Source: an uncultured Clostridia bacterium (GTDB lineage: Bacteria; Bacillota; Clostridia; Oscillospirales; JAAYOS01). Taken from it: a DNA stretch of 45,722 bases. The translations under genes were made by a program, and so were the position numbers. Shown piece after piece: positions 9,786 through 19,511 of the stretch (the first letter of the stretch is position 1; every line of letters starts with the position of its first letter). The notes beneath the pieces are model-generated. The model did no database searches, was not told the DNA's origin, and saw only the letters and a list, made by a program, of their open reading frames with translations. The stretch is taken from contig CALXAZ010000145.1 of the NCBI GenBank assembly GCA_944386395.1, forward strand, positions 1 through 45,722, written 5' to 3'.

Positions 9786-9815
9786 ATGCGGCTGCCTTGG
9801 CAGCCGCATTTTTAT
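9786..9815. terminator. bidirectional Rho-independent terminator
   Basis: ATGCGGCTGCC/GGCAGCCGCAT hairpin flanked by an A run and a T run, between convergent jag and the M20 peptidase gene. Confidence 0.7.
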
Positions 9816-9886
9816 ATATCTTCCGTCAGGAGGCTACGAGCGCAAGCCCCTCCCCTCCGGCAAGAATTGTATTTAATTAAACGCTA

Positions 9887-11035
9887 TTAGGCAAAATAAC
9901 TTCCGATAAATAGCATTGCCACCTCAAAACCAACCGGCAGGCTTGACAGCTCGATATACTCTTCGCGTGTATGTGCCCCTCTTCCGCTTATCAGCCCAAA
10001 GCAGACAGCGCTTATACCCATTGAGAAAGGTATGTTGCAATCGGTCGAGCTTGATCCCCTTCCAGGGCGATTCCCGGTCACAGCCTCAAGTATATCCGCC
10101 GCCCTCTCCAGAAGCTTCTCCTGCCGCTCTGGGTCGCGGCACTCGCCCATCCCGGGGCGCTGCCCAAGCACCTCGACATTGACCTCAATACCCATGCTCC
10201 GATACGCCGATATGACGCTTTCAAACATTTCCCTCATCTTCTCAAGGCAAGCATTTGAATTTGAACGATACTCATAAAGCATTTCAGCCTGCTGTGCTAT
10301 CGTATTTACTGATGTGCCGCCGGATATCATACCGACATTATATGTAGTCCTACTGTCACCATCAACAGGAACCTTTAGCGTATAGAGCGTGTTTATCATT
10401 GACGAGAGATGATGGATAGCATTTCTGTTTCCAAACGAACCATATGAATGCCCTCCCTCCGTCTTTATCTCAATGCGGTACCTCGTGGAACCAACTGCAC
10501 CATTGCAGAGCATCCTCAGCCCGCCGTCAAAAGATATCACCTCACGCACCCTGTCTCCAAAATCCTTCATCAGCTGGCGGCTTCCCTTTAGGTTGCCCAG
10601 CCCCTCCTCACACGAGTTTGCCACAAAAAGCACCCCGCACTCCGGCTTTTTCCCGCTTTGCAGCATATATCTCGCAACCATCATCATTATTGCCAGGTTT
10701 GCCGTATCGTCTCCCACTCCCGGGCAGAACAGCTTCCCATCCTCTTCATAAAGCGGCATCGGCTCGGTATCCGGGAACACTGTGTCGGTATGCGCCATAA
10801 ATATAACTACCTCATTATCCTCTGTCACATTCACAGGACATATAACATTTAAGGCGTCATCTATATATACGCCCTTCCCTCCCGCTTTTTCAAACCATTC
10901 CTTGCAAAATTCTGCCCTCTTTTCCTCGTGGTTCGATGGCGCCGGTATCCCACATAGGGTTATGAGCAGTTCCTTGAGCTCATCTATCTGCCCGGCAATG
11001 TATTTCCTTTCGCTTTCCCCAAGTATATATGCCAT
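9887..11035 (-). CDS. M20 family metallopeptidase (peptidase T / ArgE / DapE-like)
   Basis: ORF with AHTDTVF, GVGDDTANL and ANSCEEGLGNLKG metal-ligand regions. The start is set at the internal ATG 11035, which has GGAGGAG 6 nt upstream. Confidence 0.75.
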   Translation of the reverse strand: MAYILGESERKYIAGQIDELKELLITLCGIPAPSNHEEKRAEFCKEWFEKAGGKGVYIDDALNVICPVNVTEDNEVVIFMAHTDTVFPDTEPMPLYEEDGKLFCPGVGDDTANLAIMMMVARYMLQSGKKPECGVLFVANSCEEGLGNLKGSRQLMKDFGDRVREVISFDGGLRMLCNGAVGSTRYRIEIKTEGGHSYGSFGNRNAIHHLSSMINTLYTLKVPVDGDSRTTYNVGMISGGTSVNTIAQQAEMLYEYRSNSNACLEKMREMFESVISAYRSMGIEVNVEVLGQRPGMGECRDPERQEKLLERAADILEAVTGNRPGRGSSSTDCNIPFSMGISAVCFGLISGRGAHTREEYIELSSLPVGFEVAMLFIGSYFA

Positions 11036-11149
11036 TCGCGTCTCCTCCTTCGTCTCTGTCACATCCGCAGCGTGCTGCGCCGCAGACCGCCTTTGTTCTG
11101 ATTTTATCACACCTTATCCAAAAGAAAAAGGCTTTCTGCCCGAAAAAAG

Positions 11150-11177
11150 CAAAAAAAGAGACGGTCGAAACCGTCTC
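11150..11177 (-). terminator. orphan Rho-independent terminator (minus strand)
   Basis: On the minus strand GAGACGGT-TTCG-ACCGTCTC is followed by TTTTTTT. No minus-strand gene ends upstream of it. Confidence 0.5.
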
Positions 11178-11378
11178 GAAAGGAGAGAAAAAGATTAAAA
11201 TTGCACTAACTTCTTGCAAGTATTACTATACAAAATAGTTGTTACAAAACAACATTTATTCTTTTAAAAATTTGTTAAATTAACGTTTTTATCCGTTTAT
11301 TCTTAAAAGCCCCCGTGACCCGAGATCCTCACGTATCTCGCTGCCCTGGCTAAAAAATACGACGTCTACTCAAATCTC

Positions 11379-11407
11379 TTTAAAAGTCAGGCTTTTTGTG
11401 GTACAAT
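11379..11407 (+). promoter_or_regulatory. candidate extended -10 promoter for lepA
   Basis: TTTAAA, a 17-nt spacer, then TGgTACAAT (11399-11407). Confidence 0.4.
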
Positions 11408-11484
11408 ACGCTAAACGGGTCTGTCCATCAAGGCGCCCTTTCTGCGCCCGACCCGCAATGACCAGACCGATGGAGGAAACAGTT

Positions 11485-13290
11485 TTGACAGATATAAGCA
11501 AAATCCGGAATTTTTCAATAGTGGCACACATAGACCACGGGAAATCCACCCTTGCCGACAGGCTGCTCGAGCTTTGCCACGCAGTTGAAAAGCGGGAGAT
11601 GGAGAGCCAGCTTCTCGACAATATGGAGCTTGAGCGCGAACGCGGCATAACCATTAAAGCGCGCGCGGTAAAGCTCGACTACACCGCAAATGACGGGGAA
11701 AACTATATCCTCAACCTCATCGACACCCCCGGCCATGTCGACTTTAACTACGAGGTGAGCCGCTCGCTTGCCGCGTGCGAAGGCGCGATACTGGTGGTCG
11801 ATGCCGCCCAGGGTATTGAGGCTCAGACCCTTGCAAACACATATCTCGCAATCGACGCCGGTCTCGAGGTACTGCCCGTAATAAACAAAATAGATCTTCC
11901 CGCCGCCGACCCCGAACGCACAATAAGCGAGATTGAAGACGTAATCGGCATCCCTGCCGAGGATGCTCCCCGCATATCCGCAAAGAGTGGTCAAAATGTC
12001 GAGCAGGTGCTCGAATATATCGTACAGAACGTCCCGTCTCCGACAGGCGACCCCAATGCCCCACTTCGCGCTCTCATCTTTGACAGCCAATACGACCCAT
12101 ACAAAGGCGTTATTGTATACATCCGCGTGTTTGACGGGGTATTGAAAACAGGCGACCGTGTGCTTATGATGGAATCTGGCGCCGAATATGAGACTGTCGA
12201 GGTGGGGTACCTCCGTCCGCTCGGGCTGGAGCGCTCCGACGGGCTTTCACCCGGAGAGGTGGGCTATTTTACCGCTTCAATTAAAAATGTCCGCGACACA
12301 CAGGTCGGCGACACAGTAACGCTCAGCGCAGCCCCCGCAAGCACAGCTCTCCCCGGATACCGTGCCGTCCAACCCATGGTATTTTCCGGCGTGTACCCGG
12401 CTGACGGAGCTAAATACCCCGACCTCCGCGACGCGCTCGACAAGCTCAAGCTTAATGACGCCTCTCTCAGCTTTGAGCCGGAGACATCCATCGCCCTCGG
12501 CTTTGGGTTCCGCTGCGGGTTTTTGGGGCTTTTGCACATGGAGGTCATCCAGGAGCGCCTCGAGCGTGAATTTAACCTGGACCTCATAACAACTGCGCCA
12601 AGCGTTATCTATAAAGTGCACTACACCGACGGTCACGAGGAAATGATAGACAATCCTCTTAATTTCCCAGAACCTACTGTACTTGACTACGCGGAGGAGC
12701 CCTTTGTTGCCGCAAGCATAATAACCCCTACGGGCTATACCGGCTCGATAATGGAGCTGTGCCAGGAGCGCCGCGGCGTCTTTAAGGACATGAAATATAT
12801 CGACACCGACCGCGTTGAGGTGCACTATGACCTCCCTTTAAACGAAATCATATACGACTTTTTCGATGCGCTGAAGTCCCGCACACGCGGCTACGCCTCG
12901 CTCGACTACGAGCTGACCGACTACCGCCGCAGCGACCTTGTCAAGCTCGACATCCTGCTCAACGGCGACATCGTCGACGCGCTGAGCTTCATCGTCCACA
13001 AGGACAAGGCATATCCACGCGCCCGCCACATCGTTGAAAAGCTGAAGGAAAATATCCCGCGGCAGATGTTTGAGATACCCGTCCAGGCTGCAATAGGCTC
13101 CAAGGTCATTGCCCGCGAGACTGTAAAGGCAATGCGAAAGGATGTCCTTGCGAAATGCTACGGAGGAGACATCACCCGCAAAAAGAAGCTTCTTGAAAAA
13201 CAGAAGGAGGGCAAAAAACGTATGCGCTCCCTCGGCTCGGTCGATGTCCCGCAGGAGGCATTTATGGCAGTGCTAAAATTTGACGAATAG
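11485..13290 (+). CDS. lepA: elongation factor 4 (LepA)
   Basis: Contains [36 protein letters not shown] and the LepA-specific C-terminus. The best SD (GGAGGA, 7-nt spacer) precedes the TTG at 11485. In-frame ATGs at 11458 and 11470 have no SD, so the start is uncertain by 27 nt or less. Confidence 0.92.
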   Translation: MTDISKIRNFSIVAHIDHGKSTLADRLLELCHAVEKREMESQLLDNMELERERGITIKARAVKLDYTANDGENYILNLIDTPGHVDFNYEVSRSLAACEGAILVVDAAQGIEAQTLANTYLAIDAGLEVLPVINKIDLPAADPERTISEIEDVIGIPAEDAPRISAKSGQNVEQVLEYIVQNVPSPTGDPNAPLRALIFDSQYDPYKGVIVYIRVFDGVLKTGDRVLMMESGAEYETVEVGYLRPLGLERSDGLSPGEVGYFTASIKNVRDTQVGDTVTLSAAPASTALPGYRAVQPMVFSGVYPADGAKYPDLRDALDKLKLNDASLSFEPETSIALGFGFRCGFLGLLHMEVIQERLEREFNLDLITTAPSVIYKVHYTDGHEEMIDNPLNFPEPTVLDYAEEPFVAASIITPTGYTGSIMELCQERRGVFKDMKYIDTDRVEVHYDLPLNEIIYDFFDALKSRTRGYASLDYELTDYRRSDLVKLDILLNGDIVDALSFIVHKDKAYPRARHIVEKLKENIPRQMFEIPVQAAIGSKVIARETVKAMRKDVLAKCYGGDITRKKKLLEKQKEGKKRMRSLGSVDVPQEAFMAVLKFDE

Positions 13291-13311
13291 CCGCGCTCTG
13301 CCGATATGGAA

Positions 13312-13345
13312 AACCGCAGGACCGCCTTTCAGGCGCCCTGCGGTT
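13312..13345. terminator. bidirectional hairpin terminator
   Basis: AACCGCAGG...CCTGCGGTT with an inner CGCC/GGCG stem. A TTTT run follows on the minus strand. It lies between convergent lepA and the 13358-13930 gene. Confidence 0.6.
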
Positions 13346-13357
13346 CTTGTTGGTCGG

Positions 13358-13930
13358 TCACTCAGCTTTATAGAGCGACGGCTTGCAGATTATCTCATGT
13401 ACTAGCGTTTCGAGTATCGTGGCAGAGTAGGATGGGGTGATTATTGCCGCCGTATCCGCTCCGCCGGCGCTCCCTCCAATAGCTACCACCGGCTTCCCAT
13501 ACTCAACAGCGTCAGCGTCAAGCGCCATCACCGAGCACTCAAAGCAGACCTTGGTCCCCGCTCCAAAGGTGCGCAGCGTATGCGCCATTATCTCAACAGG
13601 GTATGCCCCGCCGAACTTTGTGCTGATCCCGCGCTCCGCTCCGCTCAGGGCGTGCCCCGCCGTCACAAGCGTCGCCCCCTTCTCCCGCAGCTCTGCCCGC
13701 TTCTCCGCCGGCATCGCATTTGCGCCGCCGTTCTTCGCGGCGGATACAGTTGTCACCACCACTATCCTGCCGGAGTATCCTGCTCTCTCCGCTTCCGCAA
13801 GCACCGCGTCCGCGCTCCCTCCGCGCGATGAGGCAACTACTATGTCAAGCCCCGCGTCCTTTGCCCGCTCAACTGCAAGCTTTACCGTCTCAGCCGTATT
13901 TTCCCGTCCTTTGTTTTTAAAAAGTATCAT
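13358..13930 (-). CDS. stand-alone pyruvate kinase C-terminal (alpha/beta) domain-like protein, function unknown
   Basis: 190-aa ORF. From memory it resembles the ~190-aa proteins annotated as pyruvate kinase alpha/beta domain-containing (IVVASSRGGSA...VVVTT...). No catalytic barrel is present. Confidence 0.5.
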   Translation of the reverse strand: MILFKNKGRENTAETVKLAVERAKDAGLDIVVASSRGGSADAVLAEAERAGYSGRIVVVTTVSAAKNGGANAMPAEKRAELREKGATLVTAGHALSGAERGISTKFGGAYPVEIMAHTLRTFGAGTKVCFECSVMALDADAVEYGKPVVAIGGSAGGADTAAIITPSYSATILETLVHEIICKPSLYKAE

Positions 13931-14068
13931 TTATGCTGCCCCTTTCATATCGTGTTATTCCATATACAGTTAGCCTGTGCTTATTATAGCACGCCACTGC
14001 CATATTTTCAATACATGCCACAAACCCATCTGGTTCAACTGATTTCCCGCCTTTATTCAGGAGGTATT

Positions 14069-15253
14069 ATGCGAAAAAAAATCAAAACCCCATCCCCCAG
14101 CCACAGCTTCACCACAGACAGACGTCCGCTCGGAATGTATATACACATACCATTTTGCCGCAGGAAATGCGACTACTGTGACTTTTATTCACTTGCCGGG
14201 GCGGATGAGCTTATCGGTCGCTATGTGTCCGCGCTTATCCGGCATATTTCGGAAGCTGCTCCCCAGATTCTCTCCAATGTTGACACAATATATTTTGGAG
14301 GCGGTACTCCCGGTCTTATCGGCAGCCGCAACCTCGAATCTGTTCTGAAAACAGTAAAAAAGAAATATTCTGTAACGCCGGATTGTGAAATAACCTCCGA
14401 GCTCAATCCCGAATCCACCGACAAAAAGCTGCTTTCAAGGCTCTTTCGGGCGGGCTTTAACCGGCTGTCTTTCGGTGTGCAGTCTTTTTCCGACAGCGAG
14501 CTGAAAAAACTCGGCAGGCTCCACAGTGCCTCAGATGCAAAGCGCGCCATCTCAGAGGCGCGCTCCGCCGGGTTTTCAAACATCAGCCTCGACCTTATGT
14601 ACGGCATCGAAGGGCAGGACATGCAGAGCCTGCGCGAAAGCCTTGCCGAAGCAGTTTCCCTTGCCCCCGAGCACATATCCTGCTATGGGCTGAAAGTAGA
14701 GGAAGGTACCCCGCTCCAGCGCAGGCTTGCGGATATCTCCCTTCCAGATGACGACACCCAGGCAGACATGTACCTGCTCGTGTGCGAGCTTCTCCGTTCA
14801 GCTGGATATATCCACTATGAGATATCCAACTGGTCAAAGCCGGGCTTTGAATCGAGGCACAATCTCAAATACTGGAACCTCGACCCATATATTGGCTTTG
14901 GTCCTGCGGCGCACTCCGACTGCTTTGGGCTACGCTATTCAAACATACGCGATCTAACCGGCTATGTCGAAGGCATTGAAAACGGGGGCAGCATACTTGA
15001 CGAACACGAGGAAATATCTCCCGGCGAGCGCGCAGCCGAATATATAATGCTCCGGCTTCGCACCTCAAAGGGGATAGACGGAGAAGAGTTTTCCCGGAGG
15101 TTTTCCCTTCCGTTTGACGGTATCGAGCGGGTAATGAAGAGCCTTGAGCCAAAGCAGCTTACCTCGTTTGACGGGAGCTGGCGGCTCACAGACAGGGGCT
15201 TCCTGCTCTCAAACAGCATCATTGTAATGGCACTAGATGCCCTTGACAGCTGA
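14069..15253 (+). CDS. hemW: radical SAM family heme chaperone HemW (HemN-like)
   Basis: YIHIPFCRRKCDYCDF is the CxxxCxxC radical-SAM motif, and the HemN C-terminal domain is present. The ATG at 14069 has CAGGAGG upstream. The lepA-hemW neighbourhood is classic. Confidence 0.85.
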   Translation: MRKKIKTPSPSHSFTTDRRPLGMYIHIPFCRRKCDYCDFYSLAGADELIGRYVSALIRHISEAAPQILSNVDTIYFGGGTPGLIGSRNLESVLKTVKKKYSVTPDCEITSELNPESTDKKLLSRLFRAGFNRLSFGVQSFSDSELKKLGRLHSASDAKRAISEARSAGFSNISLDLMYGIEGQDMQSLRESLAEAVSLAPEHISCYGLKVEEGTPLQRRLADISLPDDDTQADMYLLVCELLRSAGYIHYEISNWSKPGFESRHNLKYWNLDPYIGFGPAAHSDCFGLRYSNIRDLTGYVEGIENGGSILDEHEEISPGERAAEYIMLRLRTSKGIDGEEFSRRFSLPFDGIERVMKSLEPKQLTSFDGSWRLTDRGFLLSNSIIVMALDALDS

Positions 15254-15276
15254 CCCTCAAATTACCATACCATAGG

Positions 15277-15305
15277 TTGCAAAAATACTGTATATTATAT
15301 ATAAT
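15277..15305 (+). promoter_or_regulatory. sigma-A type promoter
   Basis: TTGCAA (15277-15282), a 17-nt spacer, then TATAAT (15300-15305). Confidence 0.55.
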
Positions 15306-15371
15306 AAGATGTAACGCAGGGCTTATTTGCCGCTTTCTGCCCACTTGAACCCAGTATAACCGGAGACAAAT

Positions 15372-16496
15372 ATGAAAGGAAACAAATATTTCCGCCGTGG
15401 CATTATCAGGTTGATTATTGCCGCGGCTATCGCAGCCACAATATTTATCGCTGTAACCTTCGCGTCGCGCCATGCTGAATGGGTCTCGTCGGTATTCAGC
15501 CCTTTCTCACGCGCTCTCATGCGCATAAGCTCTGGTATAAGCGGCATATTCCCATTTTCTCTTGCTGAGATACTGATATACTCTGGTATCCTCGCAGCTC
15601 TTGTTTACATAATATCCACGCTGCTTCGCATAATATTTAAAAAGGTCCATCCAATGGCAATATTTGCCGTATTTGCAAATGCTGCAATGATAATTTCAGC
15701 CCTCTTCTTTATATTCTATCTGAGCTGGGGGCTAAATTACTATTCGGTACCGCTGGCAGACAGGCTGGGGCTGACTGTTGAAAAATATTCGCTTGAGACG
15801 CTCAAAACCGTGGCGGGCAGCTTTGCTGAAAAGGCAAACGGGCTTTCGCACGAGATCACGCGCGACGAAAACGGAACTGCTGTTTTTTCAGATTTTGATG
15901 AGCTTTGTGAAAAAGCAAGGCTCGGGTGGGAGTCTCTTTCCCTGCAATATCCATGCTTTGAAGGATTTTCACCCGCACTGGCAAAGCCAGTGCTACTAAG
16001 CCGGGGTATGTCTTATCTTGGGCTAACGGGTATGTTTGTACCATACACGGGCGAGGCAAATATAAATATCGACGTGCCCGACCCCGGCATACCATTTACC
16101 ATTGCGCATGAGCTTGCCCACTCCGCCGGCGTAAACCCCGAAAACGAGGCAAACTTTGCCGCATTTCTTGTTTGCCGGTCGGTTTCAGACCCAGAATTCA
16201 ACTATGCCGCATATCTCAACGCCTTTGTATATTGCTATAACGCGCTATATGCCGAGGATAGCGAGGCTGCCTTTGCCCTCTGGGACACTCTTGACAGCAC
16301 AGTGACATATGATCTCCACCAGAGAAACTCCTACTGGCAGCAGTTCGAGGGGGAGATAAAGACTGCCGCTACCTCGGTAAATAACACCTATCTCAAGGCA
16401 ATGAACCAATCGGATGGGGTGAAGAGCTATGGCATGGTTGTTGACCTTCTGATAGCAGACTATGTATCGCAATATGGAAACCCTGATATAACATAA
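15372..16496 (+). CDS. DUF3810-like membrane protein with an HExxH zinc-peptidase motif
   Basis: 374-aa ORF with N-terminal transmembrane helices and FTIAHELAHSAG (HELAH). The family assignment is from memory. Confidence 0.55.
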   Translation: MKGNKYFRRGIIRLIIAAAIAATIFIAVTFASRHAEWVSSVFSPFSRALMRISSGISGIFPFSLAEILIYSGILAALVYIISTLLRIIFKKVHPMAIFAVFANAAMIISALFFIFYLSWGLNYYSVPLADRLGLTVEKYSLETLKTVAGSFAEKANGLSHEITRDENGTAVFSDFDELCEKARLGWESLSLQYPCFEGFSPALAKPVLLSRGMSYLGLTGMFVPYTGEANINIDVPDPGIPFTIAHELAHSAGVNPENEANFAAFLVCRSVSDPEFNYAAYLNAFVYCYNALYAEDSEAAFALWDTLDSTVTYDLHQRNSYWQQFEGEIKTAATSVNNTYLKAMNQSDGVKSYGMVVDLLIADYVSQYGNPDIT

Positions 16497-16517
16497 ATAA
16501 TCAAGGAGGAGAAAAAA

Positions 16518-17471
16518 ATGAAAATCACAATGCTCGAGCCGCTTGGTGTGGGCACAGACGTAATCGAAAAACTGTCTTCCGGTCTTGTCGCCGCCGGGCA
16601 CGAATTTAAAGCTTATGACAGCGTTGAAAAGGACATTGAAAAGCTCAAGGAGAGGTGTGCCGACGCTGATGTGCTGATAATTGCAAACAGTCCGCTTCCG
16701 TCAGAGGTGATAGCCGCTGCAAAAAATCTTAAATACATATCCGTCGCATTCGTCGGGATCGACCATGTGGGCACCGACGTCTGCCTTGAGCGCGGGATAC
16801 ATATCTCCAACGCCGGAGGGTACTGCGACGATGCGGTGGCAGAGCTTGCCGTGGGGCTCACGCTCGACTGCCTGCGCAATATCTCTGCCTGCAACTCTGC
16901 TATCAGAAACGGCAAAACAAAAGATGGTCTGGTCGGCTTTGAGCTTTCTGGCAAGACGGTTGGCATCGTCGGTACCGGCTCGATAGGCTGCCATACGGCA
17001 GAGATATTCAAGGCCTTTGGCTGCAAGCTTTTGGGCTACAGCCGCAGCGTCCGCCCGCGTGCCGAGGAAATCGGGATAAAATACGTCACTCTCGACGAGC
17101 TTATGCAGCAAAGCGACATCATATCCGTCCATACACCTCTCACTCCGGCAACTGAAAAGCTGATAAGCCGCGAAAAAATTGCTCTGATGAAGCCAAATTC
17201 AATACTTATAAACACTTCGCGCGGCGCTGTAGTCGACAGCGAGGCACTGGCTGACGCACTCAACTCCGGAAAGATAGGCGCTGCCGGAATAGACGTATTC
17301 GAGACCGAGCCGCCCCTCCCCGGTGACCACCCCCTGCTGACGGCAAAGAACGTTGTCGCCACCCCTCACATCGGCTTTGCCACAAAGGAATCGATAGAGC
17401 GCAGGGCAGAGATGGTCTTTGAAAACATATACAGATGGCTCGAGGGCGACATTATCCGCAAAATGCTTTAA
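16518..17471 (+). CDS. D-isomer-specific 2-hydroxyacid dehydrogenase family, NAD-binding
   Basis: GKTVGIVGTGSIG Rossmann motif, NTSRGAVVD, and the catalytic HIGFAT near the C-terminus. Confidence 0.8.
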   Translation: MKITMLEPLGVGTDVIEKLSSGLVAAGHEFKAYDSVEKDIEKLKERCADADVLIIANSPLPSEVIAAAKNLKYISVAFVGIDHVGTDVCLERGIHISNAGGYCDDAVAELAVGLTLDCLRNISACNSAIRNGKTKDGLVGFELSGKTVGIVGTGSIGCHTAEIFKAFGCKLLGYSRSVRPRAEEIGIKYVTLDELMQQSDIISVHTPLTPATEKLISREKIALMKPNSILINTSRGAVVDSEALADALNSGKIGAAGIDVFETEPPLPGDHPLLTAKNVVATPHIGFATKESIERRAEMVFENIYRWLEGDIIRKML

Positions 17472-17528
17472 TCCAAATATATCTGTCTCAAAGCACATAA
17501 TTTCCATTTTACATACGGAGGAATGTTT

Positions 17529-18701
17529 ATGGACACAAAAGAACTTGCCCTGAAAAAGCACTATGAATGGCGAGGGAAGATAGAAATCACCCCGCGCGCA
17601 TCTGCTAAAAACGCTGCCGAGCTTGCTGTGGCATATACTCCCGGGGTGGCAGAGCCATGTCTTGAGATACAGAAAGATATAAACAAATCATATGACCTCA
17701 CCCGCCGCTGGAACACCGTTGCCGTTATCACAAATGGTACCGCTGTGTTGGGGCTTGGCGACATAGGTCCCGAAGCCGGTATGCCCGTGATGGAGGGCAA
17801 GTGCCTGCTTTTTAAGGAATTTGCCGGCGTTGACGCAATCCCGCTCTGTATCCGCTCAAAGGACATAGACGAAATAGTCCGCACGGTCTCCCTGCTTGCG
17901 GGCAGCTTTGGTGGGATAAACCTCGAGGATATCGCCGCCCCTGACTGCTTTGAGATAGAGCGCCGCCTAAAGGAAATATGCGACATTCCGGTTTTTCACG
18001 ACGACCAACATGGCACCGCCGTCGTTGTTGGCGGAGCGATAATCAATTCGCTAAAGCTCGCCGGAAAAAAGGTCGAGGACTGCCGCATGGTGATTTCCGG
18101 AGCGGGCGCTGCCGGCACTGCTATTGCAAAGTTTATGCTCTCCCTTGGCATAGGCGAGATAATCATGAACGACCGCGAGGGGCTTCTCTGGGACGGAGAT
18201 CCTAACCTCTCTAAGGCAAGGCAGGAGATAGCAAAGCTCACAAACCCAAACAAAGTCAAAGGCACAATTGCTGACGGTCTGAAGGGCGCTGACATATTTG
18301 TTGGCGTTTCAGCTCCAAATCTTGTTACCGGAGAAATGATAAAGAGCATGAACGATAAGTCAATAGTTTTTGCCATGGCAAACCCTGTACCTGAAATAAT
18401 GCCGGAGGAAGCGCTTGCCGCCGGGGCTTTCATTGTGGGTACCGGTCGCTCCGACTATAAAAATCAGATAAACAACGTCCTCGCCTTTCCCGGCATATTC
18501 CGCGGCGCTCTCGACTGCCGCGCAAGCGATATAAACGAGGAAATGAAGCTTGCCGCAGCATACGCTCTTGCGGAAATGGTCCCGGAAGATAAACTCTCAC
18601 CAGAATGTGTCATACCAGGCGCGTTTGATGAAGGTGTGGGGGAAAACGTGGGAAAGGCAGTTGCACAGGCAGCCCGCCGCTCAGGCGTTGCGAGAGCATA
18701 A
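17529..18701 (+). CDS. NAD(P)-dependent malic enzyme (short form)
   Basis: Contains LAVAYTPGVAEPC, GTAVLGLGDIGPEAGMPVMEGK and GAGAAG. The ATG at 17529 is 6 nt after GGAGGA. Confidence 0.9.
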   Translation: MDTKELALKKHYEWRGKIEITPRASAKNAAELAVAYTPGVAEPCLEIQKDINKSYDLTRRWNTVAVITNGTAVLGLGDIGPEAGMPVMEGKCLLFKEFAGVDAIPLCIRSKDIDEIVRTVSLLAGSFGGINLEDIAAPDCFEIERRLKEICDIPVFHDDQHGTAVVVGGAIINSLKLAGKKVEDCRMVISGAGAAGTAIAKFMLSLGIGEIIMNDREGLLWDGDPNLSKARQEIAKLTNPNKVKGTIADGLKGADIFVGVSAPNLVTGEMIKSMNDKSIVFAMANPVPEIMPEEALAAGAFIVGTGRSDYKNQINNVLAFPGIFRGALDCRASDINEEMKLAAAYALAEMVPEDKLSPECVIPGAFDEGVGENVGKAVAQAARRSGVARA

Positions 18702-18704
18702 AGT

Positions 18705-19421
18705 ATGAAAAAGAAACTTATTCCTATGATAATATGCCTGCTTATCGCCGCGTCATGCATTGCAAGGGCGGGCACCTCCCTGTTTGTCGTCCGGCATACA
18801 AACGATCCGGACACGGTAGAGGCTGTGTTTGAACAGTCGGGCAACATATATCGTCCATATATCGAGGTCACCTTTGATATGGTCACCTGCTCGTCAATGT
18901 ATCTCTACACAAACGATGAAAACTCACCGACCGACTGGCTGATGTGCGGCTTTGTAGGGGACAGGTGGATACCCTTCTTCATTACAAATTTCAGCGGTTC
19001 TTCAGAGATGCCGGCTGATGAATATGATGTCACCTATATTCTCCAGTATCCATCGGATGAAAATAGCACACAGATCGACTGGGCGTATAGCGCCCTTATC
19101 GAGGATCTCACCACCACATTCGACGTTACCGAAGAAGAAGTAGACGGTATTTTCTCTCCCGCTGTAATGCAGGCTGCAAGAAACAGCCGAACGGTAACTC
19201 AGATAGTATTCGGCGTTTCCGCCGTTCTCTCCATCGTATTTTTCGCGCTCATAATCGCAGGCAACAGGCGGGATAGCCAGGAGGATGAACTCTCTTCCGG
19301 ATATACGGGCGAAAATTCTGCCAAGGCTGTAACCGGTGAAGATGACGCTGGAAACTGTGATCCGAGCGACGGATATCAGCAGCAAAAATATAATTCCAAG
19401 GACGACCCATGGGATATCTAG
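18705..19421 (+). CDS. hypothetical bitopic or lipoprotein-like membrane protein
   Basis: 238-aa ORF starting 4 nt after the malic enzyme stop. It has a signal-peptide-like N-terminus with a possible lipobox (LIAASC), a C-proximal transmembrane helix and an acidic tail. I recognise no family. Confidence 0.5.
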   Translation: MKKKLIPMIICLLIAASCIARAGTSLFVVRHTNDPDTVEAVFEQSGNIYRPYIEVTFDMVTCSSMYLYTNDENSPTDWLMCGFVGDRWIPFFITNFSGSSEMPADEYDVTYILQYPSDENSTQIDWAYSALIEDLTTTFDVTEEEVDGIFSPAVMQAARNSRTVTQIVFGVSAVLSIVFFALIIAGNRRDSQEDELSSGYTGENSAKAVTGEDDAGNCDPSDGYQQQKYNSKDDPWDI

Positions 19422-19511
19422 AAATATTTTTTAATAGGTTGACATGGAGTGCGCTCAATATTTTATACTGTTTTTATCCTAAAATACTAATCATAGACAA
19501 AGGAGGAAATT

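Noticed and set aside
13437-13973. 178-aa plus-strand ORF overlapping the 13358-13930 gene. Similar antisense ORFs occur at 20738-21313, 7497-8111 and 12277-12825.
   Set aside because: These are antisense shadows of GC-rich coding regions. Their composition is Ala/Ser/Pro-rich and they lack ribosome-binding sites.
19439-19475. TTGACA, a 19-nt spacer, then TATACT upstream of the flavoprotein gene, resembling a MerR-type over-spaced promoter.
   Set aside because: The spacer contains no convincing inverted repeat. An alternative 17-nt spacing to TTTATA exists. No MerR-family gene is adjacent.
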